Of a stretch of 64,000 nt of DNA, positions 20,201-30,534 are shown piece after piece. Origin of the DNA: Candidatus Poribacteria bacterium. Lineage in GTDB: Bacteria > Poribacteria > WGA-4E > WGA-3G. The notes beneath the pieces are model-generated. The model was not told where the DNA came from and searched no databases. It worked only from the letters and a program-made list of their open reading frames with translations. Made by a program: the position numbers and the translations under genes. The stretch is taken from the NCBI GenBank assembly GCA_965198235.1, contig OZ240248.1, forward strand, positions 2,752,001 to 2,816,000. The letters run 5' to 3'. Positions within the stretch are counted from its first letter, which is position 1, and the number at the start of each line of letters is the position of its first letter.

Positions 20201-23200
20201 TGCACAACAGGTGTGTCAACCCAAAACCGAGTTCCACCGATGGCAGCGCGGGTGTTGTCATAAGCGAAGACCCGTGCCACGCCGCCACCCGGTAGTGCGC
20301 TATTTGGAACATCAAGACGAATCGTACCATATTCCCCTTTCCAGATTCTACCGCCGGTACGCTGCACGAGGTCATTGCTAAGATTATCATCAAAATTATT
20401 TGCGAAGATTGCAAAAGCGGAAAGTGACTCCGTGCTAAAATCGGATGCACGTGTGAAGTTCACACCGTCTGAAACCCCAATCTTCGGTCCTTCAATTGTT
20501 CCGACCTCGTTCGCCTTGATGATAATCTCGTGTGTCTTGTTGAGTGCGATGCGTTCTAACTCGACCTTTATGTCAAGTTCAGGGCGAGCAAGGTGAGATG
20601 CGGGGTCTCCGAAGAGTGTATATTGCTCCGTGCCCGGGATCCACTGCGTATTCCGAATGCGACTGATAAAACTAATCTTAGCATCGGCAATAATATGTCC
20701 TACCGTTGGTGGAAGTCCACCATCACCGTTAATAACAAGTTTCGGTTCGCGACCCACGCCGAAAAAAGATTCAAAGAGGTCTTTGTCGAATTCGGCATTT
20801 GCTGTGCCGTATGTTAACCGTGTCGCCGAGAGTGTCGCAATCGCACCATATTTTCCCAACAGAAATTGCTCGCTAAGGCAGAAGTTCCCAACTTGTTGTG
20901 GCTTGTCAAACTGTCCATTAAGACAGGTCGTTGTAATAACGAAGGGAAGGTATCGGTTTCGCAAACGGACAACATCCTCACTATGAAAAATAGCCTCATC
21001 TGCCCAAGTCTGTATCCCACCATGTCCAGTATATTCAATGGCAAGCGCGCCTCTATTGATAGCGGCACGAATTTGAGCGCGTGTGCGTTCGGGACTTTTA
21101 ATCTTTCGGAGATAGATTTGGCGAGTGTCATACCCGACGGGTATAATTTCCTGTATCAATTCATTACGCGATGCCTCAAAAACTCCATCGGATGGGTTAT
21201 CTGTGTGGTCATCTGCCACCTGAATCAATGTCCCTTGCCACAGTCCCGTTTTAAGATTCTTTTCATAGTTGATAATCTTTTCAACCATAGTCGCGAGCTC
21301 TTCAGAGGTCTGAACAGAGAGTCTCCCAATAAGCATATCCGGGAGCGCATCCTCACCGCTGATGTTAACAAAGCGCTGGTCCATAGCGGTTTCCCCACTT
21401 GCGGGTGCCCATCCATGGTACGTAGGCACAGCGATCGGGTAGAGGTTATAGGTGCCCCGAAAATTGGGATCGCGGCGATAACGCTCAACGATAGTGTTTT
21501 TGTAATCATAGTGTGCATCTCCAACGAGGACGACATAAGTGGGCGCAGGCTGTTGCCAACTATTATAGGCGTATCGGAGAAACCGTCGGATCGCGAAGGG
21601 GTTAAAGAGACCATCGCTGAATTCATCGTAGATGTCGTCAATATCAACGACCATGGTCGTCAAACCCTGTGAACGCCGAAATTCAACAAGAGGTTGAATG
21701 CGTTCGACGAAGTTCGGATGCGTAATGACAACATAGTCTGCTTGGTTGGAAGGATTGCGTAACGGCGTTGGCGGTGTCGGAACAAGCGCGTTGATGCTTC
21801 GGTAGGCAGAACGGCTGATGACGAAATAGCGCGTATATTGGTTGACAGTATCCTCAAAGAGAATTTGATGACTGGCACCAACACGGGTGACCTTACCACC
21901 AGTGAGCCTACTGGTAATGCCATTCTTATCAAGTTGATACACATCAATTGTATCGTGAAAGATGTTTCGGACGTTGTAATGGACTTTGCCACGGTTGCGA
22001 GGTTCAGTATTGGTATTGAACTCAAGACGGTTGGCTTGTGCCTGAAAACTTCGCCAATAATCAAATTCATACCAATCGAGATAGAAGTCGTAGGAGCCGG
22101 GAGGAGTTTTGTTAGTATCCAATGCCTCAATGCGCATAAAATTCACCTGATTATTATGGACACGGGCATGTGGAATACTGCGGGTCGCGATCTGAGAACC
22201 TTGGCGCTTCCACTCCTCAACCCTGCCGAGTTGAAGTCCGTTGAAAGAGATTCGTGCTTGATGAAGTGCGTTCCCTCTGCGGGAAGCCCCTTGGAATTTG
22301 AGACGCAAGATTGCCAAGCGGTCAATCGCAAGCCGCGGGACCGCCAAGGGCACCTCTATAGGGATATCTTTTCGACTTGTGTCGATGTTCCCACCGCGGA
22401 AGGCAGCCCAGAAATAGTGATCGGCAAGTTCGGACTTAATCTCGGTGCCAGCCAAGACATCATGATGCACATTCTCTTCAAATCGAGCACGTGCTAAAAA
22501 AGCGGTGGGTGCTATCAAGTTTTGTATCCGCGGCGATACGTCTCGTTCCTCAACGCGTGACCCCTCAATGCCAACATTGGGCTCTCCTTGTAAAGCGAGA
22601 CGAAGCCAGTAAACATTTTCGTCAGTAAATTTGTTGTCAGCCAACGCGCGCCCATAAAAGACCATCCGTTCGCCCGGGTCAAGTGTGTTGTTCCCGTTTT
22701 CATCAAAAATATAGATACCCTGTTTTTGCCCACTACTTTCCAATCGAACGGTATCAAGGTCAATATCTTCTGGCTCGATACCAGCAGCTTTAATGTTATT
22801 ATAGGTAATGCGATAGAGATCCGTTCTGGTAATGGGAATTTTAAATCGGAGCGTACTGGTTGTTAGGATGGGTGCTCCAGGAGCGTGATTTCCGTAAGGC
22901 ATCCGCCGCTGGCTACGCCACGGTTTTGCTTGCTCGTAGTTTCGCAATGTTCCTTGGAATAGACTCTCAAAAGCCGGAGAGTTCCTTGAAAAAGTAGAGG
23001 GCACCGCAGAAACAGTTCCACCAGCAGAAGTTGCCATACCCGGGTTCCCACCCGTTACTGGAAATGGAGGGAAATCAATACGGAACGTCACAGATTTGAA
23101 AATTCTCAACTGCTTTGTTGCCGGATTGTATTGTATCGGGTTGATTTGCAGATTCGCGATGCGCTGCTCCCGCACAAAACCCACAGGGATAGCCTCTACA

Positions 23201-23853
23201 AGCTGTGTCGGGTAAAAGCCCTGAGAAACGCGGGAGTTTTTGGTCAGCAACTTGCCACCGTTTGAAAAGGATTGTAGACGAGTTGCTGGCCAAGTTAGAG
23301 TGGGGAAAATTGGATCGTCTGGCGTAATACGAATATTTTCAACGCTTCTTATCTCTGGACGTGCCTGAATGACAGTGACAATCGGTGTTCCTACGATAGG
23401 AATGCCGATGCGTTGTGTGTAGATAGGTAGACGCGGTTTACCCACGTCAAGCGTCCAATCCGCACCCGCAAAATAGATTTCGGAGGAGTGGCTGTCGGCT
23501 TGCTTCGCAGTGAGAACTGTTCGGCTTTCAGGAAAGGGATTCTCTTTCTCAGACTCTCCCACGCGCTTCAAAAGCTTTGTATTAGTAGGCGTGGGCGAGT
23601 CTGCGCTGACTGCTGATGGCTGACGGCTATTCCTTACTTGGATTTCGGGTAGTGTGAAGCGGACTGTGAGTGTGTCCGATGTGGTTGCAAGAATCTGTAG
23701 AGGGTTTTTGCTTGGGGTTTTTGCTTGGGGTTTTTGATAGGGTGTTTCCTCTGCGGATTTCCCCAATGCTGGTGATGTCTGCGCTACGGAAACCAATGTT
23801 GGAACAGTGTAGAGTGTGAAAAATATGGCTAAAAAAAATAGAATCTTTCTCAT
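17248..23853 (-). CDS. Large secreted peptidase C25 (gingipain/PorU-like) with propeptide and C-terminal FlgD-Ig/T9SS-CTD-like domain
   Basis: Signal peptide MRKILFFLAIFF; YVVLVGDAHYD, IGRLSV, catalytic YTGHGG and TTTCLNG, YTLFGDP; C-terminus NVPNP...IYSVNGRLLRTL...WDGRDETG...NGVYLY. Confidence 0.85.
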   Translation of the reverse strand: MRKILFFLAIFFTLYTVPTLVSVAQTSPALGKSAEETPYQKPQAKTPSKNPLQILATTSDTLTVRFTLPEIQVRNSRQPSAVSADSPTPTNTKLLKRVGESEKENPFPESRTVLTAKQADSHSSEIYFAGADWTLDVGKPRLPIYTQRIGIPIVGTPIVTVIQARPEIRSVENIRITPDDPIFPTLTWPATRLQSFSNGGKLLTKNSRVSQGFYPTQLVEAIPVGFVREQRIANLQINPIQYNPATKQLRIFKSVTFRIDFPPFPVTGGNPGMATSAGGTVSAVPSTFSRNSPAFESLFQGTLRNYEQAKPWRSQRRMPYGNHAPGAPILTTSTLRFKIPITRTDLYRITYNNIKAAGIEPEDIDLDTVRLESSGQKQGIYIFDENGNNTLDPGERMVFYGRALADNKFTDENVYWLRLALQGEPNVGIEGSRVEERDVSPRIQNLIAPTAFLARARFEENVHHDVLAGTEIKSELADHYFWAAFRGGNIDTSRKDIPIEVPLAVPRLAIDRLAILRLKFQGASRRGNALHQARISFNGLQLGRVEEWKRQGSQIATRSIPHARVHNNQVNFMRIEALDTNKTPPGSYDFYLDWYEFDYWRSFQAQANRLEFNTNTEPRNRGKVHYNVRNIFHDTIDVYQLDKNGITSRLTGGKVTRVGASHQILFEDTVNQYTRYFVISRSAYRSINALVPTPPTPLRNPSNQADYVVITHPNFVERIQPLVEFRRSQGLTTMVVDIDDIYDEFSDGLFNPFAIRRFLRYAYNSWQQPAPTYVVLVGDAHYDYKNTIVERYRRDPNFRGTYNLYPIAVPTYHGWAPASGETAMDQRFVNISGEDALPDMLIGRLSVQTSEELATMVEKIINYEKNLKTGLWQGTLIQVADDHTDNPSDGVFEASRNELIQEIIPVGYDTRQIYLRKIKSPERTRAQIRAAINRGALAIEYTGHGGIQTWADEAIFHSEDVVRLRNRYLPFVITTTCLNGQFDKPQQVGNFCLSEQFLLGKYGAIATLSATRLTYGTANAEFDKDLFESFFGVGREPKLVINGDGGLPPTVGHIIADAKISFISRIRNTQWIPGTEQYTLFGDPASHLARPELDIKVELERIALNKTHEIIIKANEVGTIEGPKIGVSDGVNFTRASDFSTESLSAFAIFANNFDDNLSNDLVQRTGGRIWKGEYGTIRLDVPNSALPGGGVARVFAYDNTRAAIGGTRFWVDTPVVHDIRETLDIKVTDTLSISVLVVDDKGPGGIRSIKVLWDDTATFEDEIIPMIPARAPLGDVPLGGQWYELEKTIPLPQGGRQVRYRLLITDSTGHELAIPSKTERKIVRVPEGPNIAIGTDKADRAPIQYTFDEEKNGYQLVGEIVNIGGRPVRFDIEVVFAEGNPDTEGDSVIDEDADIIGRVTLKSTDWVDGTYALQRVTATLDLDKPLATGVHKIYVFADPDDPEIEDKIIGNIQESRQFDNKQHVSFIVNEFNYKPQEELTAFSLDRVFDIHFPASALDTEPQNKAGIPLSVSSQLPTDPSQPDLQFAPIPRVAALRRGLIRQGTEVAQYYEPAFRTGVRVLKKPAEVKLRFDVSALEDTVREETLLQPDNPAFKTALAELANQLAIYAWQTDFSAWRRLSSQINYTSDSEFLLENYVTPTQMENASEQELEASAITINPNLTPAGTWILLFLDSDEYEVFLKRKGESLIQKLDKSGQLDNPFREEGFGLEVRIPRKESTPLGVNYAFEFADILAFETDYDPGGDVILTRTWNANLGNGNATVNSRPGPKGEFEIGDWFMFFTDSVRYELRDASGEPIHHPNGVKVRGKVNEPLYLSHLGLDLIVTASSENFNFGDKVKFSTARVGTIAAKVSELTHFALMRSTDSEPPAFSIWVDGIQPQTGSVIPPRPSISIVLQDTNGIDTEFLSIVRQKDSGPLELITDYELRTQGGFQTVPIDYQPILFPGEYIFTITAQDFNGNTIGGDEGVVIYRFFVTEAPDLTPPTIDIRVTALGTGSTREPLDEPLIDGTVLTEQSRFKITLTDDSALDETAFRLNFGSVYETPEPLDASDYAETFDPAVPTDAAITYAPDLANGEYQLHITATDTSENTAELVTTFILNEEVTLSEVFNVPNPTVDGKTFFTYHFAQAPDTVTIKIYSVNGRLLRTLVDASANRGANETRWDGRDETGMRCANGVYLYRVIAHTEDRSRIEQVGKLAILR
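23490..23630 (-). repeat. Family B element inserted in-frame in the C25 peptidase gene
   Basis: Matches intergenic 37817-37890 (CAGACTCxCCCACGCCTACTxATACAAAGCTTTTGAAGxGCGTGGGxGAGTCTGAGAAAGAGAA) and 30537-30570. Confidence 0.85.
23701..23765 (-). repeat. Family A core inserted in-frame in the C25 peptidase gene
   Basis: GGGGAAATCCGCAGAGGAAACACCCTATCAAAAACCCCAAGCAAAAACCCCAAGCAAAAACCCT, encoding GKSAEETPYQKPQAKTPSKNP. Confidence 0.85.
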
Positions 23854-23897
23854 GGCATTATGGTTTAGTCTTGGATATATACGTTTTGTCTGTAATC

Positions 23898-25040
23898 TTA
23901 CAACGGATTCTCTCGCTGCAAGGCATTTGTGAGTCGCGCAGCACAACTTAGTGCACCCATCAAACTCATTTCGTTAGCGATACCTTTGCCAGCTATGTCA
24001 AACGCCGTACCGTGGTCCACACTTGTTCGGACTATCGGTAAGCCTAAAGTGACATTCACAAGTTCACCAAATCCAAGGAGTTTTATCGGAATATTGCCCT
24101 GGTCATGATACATAACGATAACGGCGTGCCATTCCCCTTGATTTGCCTTGACAAAAAGTGCGTCGGCAGGAAGCGGTCCGTCAATCGTACCGAAGCGTGC
24201 TTGTGCCTGCGCGATGGCTGGACGGATAAAGTATTCCTCCTCTTTTCCGAACGCTCCGTCCTCACCCGCGTGAGGGTTTAACCCCGCAACGACAAGCCTC
24301 GGTTCGGAGATACCACAACCGATCAGTGCCTGTCGAGTGATACGGATAACTTCAATAATTCTTTCGACAGAAAGATGTTTCGGCACATCAGCTAACGCGA
24401 CGTGATTCGTAACGAAAGAAACGGCAAAAGCGACACCGTTATTGGCATTTCGTGGACGATTTAAAGAAGGAGACCACTTGCGGCTTTTCAAAACTTGTTC
24501 GGAACTTAATGCTTCCGGTGTACAGAGCATCATTACCACGTGTGGAGTGCCCGTAAAGGCAGCAAGCATTTCCGTGTGTCCTGGATAGGAAACCCCTGCG
24601 CGGTGTATAGCGGCTTTGCAGATTGGGGCAGTTGTGATGGCATCCAGTTCGCCATGCATCGTAAGATGTGTCCCTGTTTCAATCGCTTTCACAGCAGCGG
24701 CACCCGCGCGTGCATCTATAGTACCGACAGAAATATCCTGAGGGGATATTGAAGACACATCAAGTACATCAATCGTCCCGTGTCTTGCAACCGCTTGCAT
24801 CGGGGTTTTGATTATATTGAGGTTCAGCGGTGGTCTGTTGGAAACTGTGAAGCGGGAACACGCGTCCTGAAGAATAGCAGAACTGCCAATAACAATCGGC
24901 TGGCATAACGAATATACACTGTTATGGGTGAGTGCCTTGACAATGATTTCGGGACCGATGCCAGCCGCATCCCCCATTGTTAGTCCAACTTTCGGTTTTT
25001 TTAAACTATTAAATCTGGTCATCGTTCCACTACGTTTCAC
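23898..25040 (-). CDS. pdxA: 4-hydroxythreonine-4-phosphate dehydrogenase PdxA family (start uncertain, 25040 or 25022)
   Basis: TMGDAAGIGPE, TAPICK, GHTE, LNPHAGE, MYHDQG, RTSVDHGTAFDIAGKG. Confidence 0.92.
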   Translation of the reverse strand: MKRSGTMTRFNSLKKPKVGLTMGDAAGIGPEIIVKALTHNSVYSLCQPIVIGSSAILQDACSRFTVSNRPPLNLNIIKTPMQAVARHGTIDVLDVSSISPQDISVGTIDARAGAAAVKAIETGTHLTMHGELDAITTAPICKAAIHRAGVSYPGHTEMLAAFTGTPHVVMMLCTPEALSSEQVLKSRKWSPSLNRPRNANNGVAFAVSFVTNHVALADVPKHLSVERIIEVIRITRQALIGCGISEPRLVVAGLNPHAGEDGAFGKEEEYFIRPAIAQAQARFGTIDGPLPADALFVKANQGEWHAVIVMYHDQGNIPIKLLGFGELVNVTLGLPIVRTSVDHGTAFDIAGKGIANEMSLMGALSCAARLTNALQRENPL

Positions 25041-25055
25041 GATGGTTTCCGGTTA
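24996..25055 (-). repeat. Family C hairpin element overlapping the pdxA 5' end
   Basis: CCATCGTGAAACGTAGTGGAACGATGACCAGATTTAATAGTTTAAAAAA, almost identical to 39897-39958. Confidence 0.85.
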
Positions 25056-25138
25056 AGTCCAACCCCCTCTGGGTTATGAAAGGATTTTTAACAATTGGAA
25101 GACTGCATTCTCACTGCGAAGCAAATGGACGCAGTAGC

Positions 25139-25411
25139 TCAGAAGCAATCGTTAGAAAATCGACGATAGAGCGTTGGAGCACGGGCACGCGAGACGTTTC
25201 CAGAGGGCAATTCAAGCACCTCATATTCAGGCTCAGAAGCCTCCTCATCACCTGATGGATGAGGTAAGCGGATAACATCACCAACAGCGAGCATTTTTCC
25301 AGCTTTCGCGACGTGTCCGTTGACACTGACCGTACCTCTGCTACAGAGGGTATTGGCTATTGTTCGCCGTTTCACGAGACGACTGACCTGCAAGAATTTA
25401 TCTAATCGCAT
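25139..25411 (-). CDS. RNA-binding S4-domain protein (YabO/RqcP/Hsp15-like)
   Basis: MRLDKFLQVSRLVKRRTIA...VNGHVAKAG...VGDVI. Confidence 0.88.
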   Translation of the reverse strand: MRLDKFLQVSRLVKRRTIANTLCSRGTVSVNGHVAKAGKMLAVGDVIRLPHPSGDEEASEPEYEVLELPSGNVSRARAPTLYRRFSNDCF

Positions 25412-25502
25412 TTTTTTAACGATTCGCAAAGCGTTAAATCGAGCAATTGGTTCAATAACGGTTTTCGCTTAAGAGTCGCCTGCACCGTTGTTGCAGGCTG
25501 CC

Positions 25503-25556
25503 ATTTTTTTAACTATGGGCTTCCGATCATCGTTCCACGATGGTTTTCGGTGAATT
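25503..25556 (-). repeat. Family C hairpin element
   Basis: Reverse complement AATTCACCGAAAACCATCGTGGAACGATGATCGGAAGCCCATAGTTAAAAAA. Confidence 0.75.
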
Positions 25557-25623
25557 CCGGCCCAACTGCGGATATGATCGCCTTTAAAGTGTGTCTTTGC
25601 CACAACAGGTAGAGACACTGGAA

Positions 25624-28107
25624 CTACACTGGCGGTTGAGAGACGACCGGCACTTCTACAGGAATTTCGGCTTCCACGATAGGATCTGTTAGTGCCTGTT
25701 TTAGCACCTGTGTCATATCGTTGACTTTGTGAAAACGGATACCTTCCCGAATTTCGGTCGGGATGTCAACCTCATCTTTCTCGTTGTCCTCGGGAATAAT
25801 GATGTCGAAAATACCGTTCCGATAGGCAGCGAGTGCCTTTTCTTTTAAGCCACCAATTGGCAGGACTCTTCCGCGGAGCGTAATCTCCCCGGTCATAGCA
25901 ACATCTTTGCGAACGGACTTCCCAGTTAGCGCAGAGAGAATCGCCGTGGCGAGGGTAATTCCAGCAGAGGGACCATCCTTCGGCACTGCACCTTCCGGAA
26001 TGTGAATGTGGATGTCCTGCTGTTCAAACCGATTACCGGAGAGCCCGAAAGATTCCGCGCGAGAGCGGATATAGGCGACAGCAGTCTGGACAGACTCACG
26101 CATCACTTCCTGAAGTTGCCCTGTCATATTTAGTTTGCCTTCCCCCTGCATTGTCGTTGCCTCAACAGAAACAATATCACCGCCAATTTGGGTCCATACC
26201 ATACCTGTAGCAACGCCGACTTCATCGCGTTCCTCGGCTTTCGTGCGCGTCCACTTCGCGGGTCCGAGATAATCGCTCAAATTCGCAGGTGTCACTTCAA
26301 CTTTGAGATCTGGTGTTTCTTCGGTGACGATCTCCCTCGCAACCTTGCGCATGACAGTAGTGATTGTGCGTTCAAGATTTCGCACCCCAGCCTCACGCGT
26401 GTACTTATGAATTATTTCATAGATGGCTTCGTCTGTGAAGGCGACATTGTCAGCTGAAAGCCCATGGCGTTCGAGTTGCTTGAGGATAAGCCCATTTGGT
26501 GTAAAAGTAGCGATGTTATGCTTCTCAAAATCCGTATAACCCGGCAACTCAATGATTTCCATCCGGTCCTGAAGCGCAGGAGGTATGGTAACCCGAGTGT
26601 TGGCGGTCGTGATAAACATAACATCGGAGAGATCAAATGCGATATCCATGTAATGATCTCGGAAAGTGGAGTTCTGTTCCGGATCAAGCACTTCAAGGAG
26701 AGCAGACGCCGGATCGCCTCGGAAATCCGAACTGAGTTTATCAATCTCATCAAGCAAGAACAGTGGATTTTTCGACTTGACATCGCGGAGCCCTTGGATG
26801 ATACGGCCAGGGATTGCGCCGATATAGGTGCGTCTGTGTCCACGAATCTCTGCTTCGTCTCGAACACCACCGAGGGACATTCTGACAAACTTCCTACCTG
26901 TGGCGCGAGCAATTGATTTGCCGAGTGAGGTTTTTCCAACCCCTGGAGGACCAACAAGACAGATAATAGGACCTTTGAGGTGTTTGACGAGTTGTAAAAC
27001 GGCAAGGTATTCCAACACGTTTTCTTTCGGTTTCTCTAACCCGTAGTGGTCCTCGTCAAGTATCCGCTGCGCTTCAGAGAGTGCAAGTTGATGCTCAGTT
27101 TTCTCTTTCCACGGCAACGCGAGTATCCAATCAACATAGGTGCGGATAACACCAGATTCCGCAGACTGCGGGGGTATCTGTGCAAGCCGATCGAGTTCTT
27201 TGAGCGCCTTTTCTTCGGCTTCTTCAGACATTCCGGCATTTTTCACCTGTTCTCGAAGCTCATCAACTTCGGCAATGTCATCCCTGCCCAACTCTTTCTG
27301 GATAACCTTCATCTGTTCCTGAAGGTAGAATTCGCGATGCGTCTTCTGGACGGATTCGCGAACCTGATTATGAATGTCATCACGAAGTTCATTCCGTTCC
27401 AGTGCCTGATTCAAAAACTGAATGATGAGTTGTAAACGCTTAATGGGATTAAGTTCGTCGATGGTAGTTTGGCGTTCCGATGGAGTGAGATTGAGAATTC
27501 CAGCGATAGTATCTGCGAGATGCCCAGGTTCTTCTTGCTCCTTAATAGCGCGTTTGACTTCATCAGAGCTCAAATCTTGAGGTTGTGAACTCCTGCCCTG
27601 TTCCTGCTGTCTCGTCTTTGTGTACTCATTGAAAAGTTTTCTGGCTTCCTTCATGAGAGACTCGGAAGTGCTCGCTAAGCCTATCTCCTCATGGACGATT
27701 TGCACGTCCGCACTCAAAAAGTCATCAGTCTCTGTAAAACGGAGAACAATTGCGCGATGCTCTGAGGCAATAGCGATACGGATAGTGCTGTCGCCGGGTT
27801 CATAAGATTCGATAATATTTGCGACAGCCCCAACGACATGGAGATGTTCAGGAGTTACCTCCTCTCCTTCTTCCAACTCCACTTGTTGGTAGAGGAGGAG
27901 TATACGCCTATTTGAGCGGAGTGCGGCATGGGTCGCTTGGACTCCCATTTGGCGGGCGACATTTAAAAGAGATTTCGTCCTCGGAAAAATCAAAATCGCA
28001 TTGAAATCCGGGGGCAAATAGATAACGGGTAAACTTACCGTTTCATATTCTTTCGTTGCTGTCGAATTCATATCTTTTTCCTGGTGCTGGGTGTTAAATC
28101 CCAGCAT
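25624..28107 (-). CDS. lon: ATP-dependent protease La
   Basis: [41 protein letters not shown]. Confidence 0.97.
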   Translation of the reverse strand: MLGFNTQHQEKDMNSTATKEYETVSLPVIYLPPDFNAILIFPRTKSLLNVARQMGVQATHAALRSNRRILLLYQQVELEEGEEVTPEHLHVVGAVANIIESYEPGDSTIRIAIASEHRAIVLRFTETDDFLSADVQIVHEEIGLASTSESLMKEARKLFNEYTKTRQQEQGRSSQPQDLSSDEVKRAIKEQEEPGHLADTIAGILNLTPSERQTTIDELNPIKRLQLIIQFLNQALERNELRDDIHNQVRESVQKTHREFYLQEQMKVIQKELGRDDIAEVDELREQVKNAGMSEEAEEKALKELDRLAQIPPQSAESGVIRTYVDWILALPWKEKTEHQLALSEAQRILDEDHYGLEKPKENVLEYLAVLQLVKHLKGPIICLVGPPGVGKTSLGKSIARATGRKFVRMSLGGVRDEAEIRGHRRTYIGAIPGRIIQGLRDVKSKNPLFLLDEIDKLSSDFRGDPASALLEVLDPEQNSTFRDHYMDIAFDLSDVMFITTANTRVTIPPALQDRMEIIELPGYTDFEKHNIATFTPNGLILKQLERHGLSADNVAFTDEAIYEIIHKYTREAGVRNLERTITTVMRKVAREIVTEETPDLKVEVTPANLSDYLGPAKWTRTKAEERDEVGVATGMVWTQIGGDIVSVEATTMQGEGKLNMTGQLQEVMRESVQTAVAYIRSRAESFGLSGNRFEQQDIHIHIPEGAVPKDGPSAGITLATAILSALTGKSVRKDVAMTGEITLRGRVLPIGGLKEKALAAYRNGIFDIIIPEDNEKDEVDIPTEIREGIRFHKVNDMTQVLKQALTDPIVEAEIPVEVPVVSQPPV

Positions 28108-28266
28108 TTTTTAGACTTCAGTGCCGGGTCAAGATTCACCTTCCATCTCAATAGAGATGCAACTGCTCCCTACTGGAAAGGCACCTTGTTTATGGCACCT
28201 TCTATCTTGGAATGAAATGCTAATTATTTTGCCAAATTGGCAAATGACTTGCACGCCAAACTGTGT

Positions 28267-29802
28267 CTAAGCAGTTTTAAGTGCTTCGGATTTCCTGTAA
28301 ACGAGTTGCGGAGGTTCATTCTTACGCACGGAGTCTTCGGTAACATGGCACGCTTCAACATCGTCAAGCGACGGGAGGCGATAAAGCGTATCAAGCATAA
28401 TTCTTTCAAAAACAGCCCTTAACCCACGCGCCCCGGTTTCACGTTCAATCACCTCATCTGCAATGGCGGTTAACGCCTCATCAGTCACATGGAATTGCAC
28501 ACCTTCATAAGCCAAAAGATGCTGATATTGCTTCACCAAAGCGTTCTTAGGTTCAGTGAGAATGCGAACGAGAGCTGGTGCATCCAATTCATGAAGGATT
28601 GTGACAACGGGAAGTCGCCCTATCAATTCCGGTATAAAACCGTATTTAATGATATCCTTTGGTGTTACCTGTGCGAGGATTTCATGAATTTTTGTTTCGC
28701 TTTTGGGTTGGATAGGCGAACCGAAGCCGATACTCTGTTTTCCAAGTCTATCTTTAATCGCCTTTTCTAACCCGATAAAGGTCCCACCACAAATGAACAA
28801 CACTTTTTTTGTATTCACCTCAATCATCTCTTGATGTGGATGCTTTCTGCCGCCGCGCGGTGGAACATTCGCTACTGTTCCTTCAAGGATCTTAAGCAAT
28901 GCCTGCTGGACACCTTCACCGGAGACATCGCGAGTAATTGACGGGTTTTCAGATTTTCGTGTAATCTTATCAATTTCATCAATATAAATGATGCCTGTTT
29001 CGGCACGTGCGACATCACCATCTGCGGCTTGGACCAGCTTCAAGATGATATTTTCGACATCTTCACCCACGTAGCCCGCTTCAGTCAGCGTTGTTGCATC
29101 GGTAATAGCAAATGGTACCTCTAACACCTTAGCGAGAGTTTGCGCGAGAAGCGTTTTCCCCGTGCCTGTTGGACCAATAAGTAAAATGTTGCTCTTGTCT
29201 AATTCAACCTCATCAGTCGTGTTGCCATGGTGTAAGCGTTTGTAATGTGTGTAAACGGCAACAGATAACGTCTTTTTGGCATCTTCCTGACCAACTACAT
29301 ATTCATCAAGTTTTGCTTTAATTTCTTCGGGTGAAGGAGGTGCTGCAAATGGGTCTTGTTCATTTTCTGTTTGAGAGTGTGTTGTTCTCGCAAATTCGGT
29401 TTCCATTTGTTCGTGGACACTGCTCCCGCGTGCCCGTGAAGATCTACGTTGGGAACCACCGCCAGATCCTTCCTTTTCGCTCGAACCACCGCTTTTAAAG
29501 TCCTCTATAGAAAAGTCAAGGCTACCATCCGGTTCACGAGTGAGAATATCGTTACAAACAACGATACACTCGGCAAGACATTTCTCACAGATATTCGCGT
29601 CAAGTCCGTTAAAGAGTCTTTCGACTTGCGTATTATCGCGTCTACAAAATGTGCAGGAGGCACTATCTACAGTGGACGCTGACAATCGGACAATACATTC
29701 AACGCAAATATTTGCTTCTCTGCCCTGAAGGAGTCGGCGGACTTGCGTACTGTCCTGTTGACAGAATGAACAGAACAAATCACGATGGATGGATTCGGAC
29801 AT
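28267..29802 (-). CDS. clpX: ATP-dependent Clp protease ATP-binding subunit ClpX with two N-terminal zinc-finger units
   Basis: [34 protein letters not shown] loop, GARGLR; SD AAGGAG before ATG 29802. Confidence 0.96.
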   Translation of the reverse strand: MSESIHRDLFCSFCQQDSTQVRRLLQGREANICVECIVRLSASTVDSASCTFCRRDNTQVERLFNGLDANICEKCLAECIVVCNDILTREPDGSLDFSIEDFKSGGSSEKEGSGGGSQRRSSRARGSSVHEQMETEFARTTHSQTENEQDPFAAPPSPEEIKAKLDEYVVGQEDAKKTLSVAVYTHYKRLHHGNTTDEVELDKSNILLIGPTGTGKTLLAQTLAKVLEVPFAITDATTLTEAGYVGEDVENIILKLVQAADGDVARAETGIIYIDEIDKITRKSENPSITRDVSGEGVQQALLKILEGTVANVPPRGGRKHPHQEMIEVNTKKVLFICGGTFIGLEKAIKDRLGKQSIGFGSPIQPKSETKIHEILAQVTPKDIIKYGFIPELIGRLPVVTILHELDAPALVRILTEPKNALVKQYQHLLAYEGVQFHVTDEALTAIADEVIERETGARGLRAVFERIMLDTLYRLPSLDDVEACHVTEDSVRKNEPPQLVYRKSEALKTA

Positions 29803-29925
29803 AGAAGTTTCTCCTTTTTTATCCATGTCTAATATGGCACAAGTCTTGCGTAATTCTATCTAACAGCTGTGTAAATCTCGTTGGAACTCTCTTAGGTTAG
29901 ATTCAATACCTATAGCACACCCGAA

Positions 29926-30528
29926 TTAATTCTGCTGTATGGCACGTTGGGAGACGACTTGATCGACGATACCGTATTCAAGTGCTTGTTCAGCAGTCAT
30001 GTAATAGTCGCGGTCGGCATCAACAGCGATCTTCTCAATATCTTGACCCGTATGTTCTGCCAAAATAGAATAAAGTCGGTCGCGTTCATGCAAAATCTCT
30101 TTTGCTTGGATGCTAATATCAGAGGCTTGACCGCCAATGCCGCTCGCCATCGGTTGGTGAATGAGTGCTTTTGCATGTGGGAGCGCGTAGCGTTTCCCAG
30201 GTGCCCCCGCGGCGAGGAGAATAGCCCCCATACTATAAGCTCTACCTAAACACCATGTCTGCACATCAGCTTTGATATACCGCATCGTGTCGTAGATTGC
30301 CAAGCCGGCGGAAACAGAACCACCAGGTGTGTTAATATAGAGCACTATGTCTGCATCTGGGTCCTTCCCCTCAAGGAAAAGCATCTGTGCTGTTACAATG
30401 TTCGCGATGACATCATCATCAATCGGTGTGCCGATCATGATAATTCGATCTTCAAGTAGACGAGAATAGATATCGTATGAGCGTTCGCCTCGGCTGGTTT
30501 GTTCAACGACGATAGGTACAAGGTTCAT
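29926..30528 (-). CDS. clpP: ATP-dependent Clp protease proteolytic subunit
   Basis: [37 protein letters not shown]. Confidence 0.97.
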   Translation of the reverse strand: MNLVPIVVEQTSRGERSYDIYSRLLEDRIIMIGTPIDDDVIANIVTAQMLFLEGKDPDADIVLYINTPGGSVSAGLAIYDTMRYIKADVQTWCLGRAYSMGAILLAAGAPGKRYALPHAKALIHQPMASGIGGQASDISIQAKEILHERDRLYSILAEHTGQDIEKIAVDADRDYYMTAEQALEYGIVDQVVSQRAIQQN

Positions 30529-30534
30529 ATTTTG

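Noticed and set aside
23854-23946. N-terminal extension of the C25 peptidase (MCCATHK...)
   Set aside because: Overlaps pdxA, and the signal peptide begins at ATG 23853
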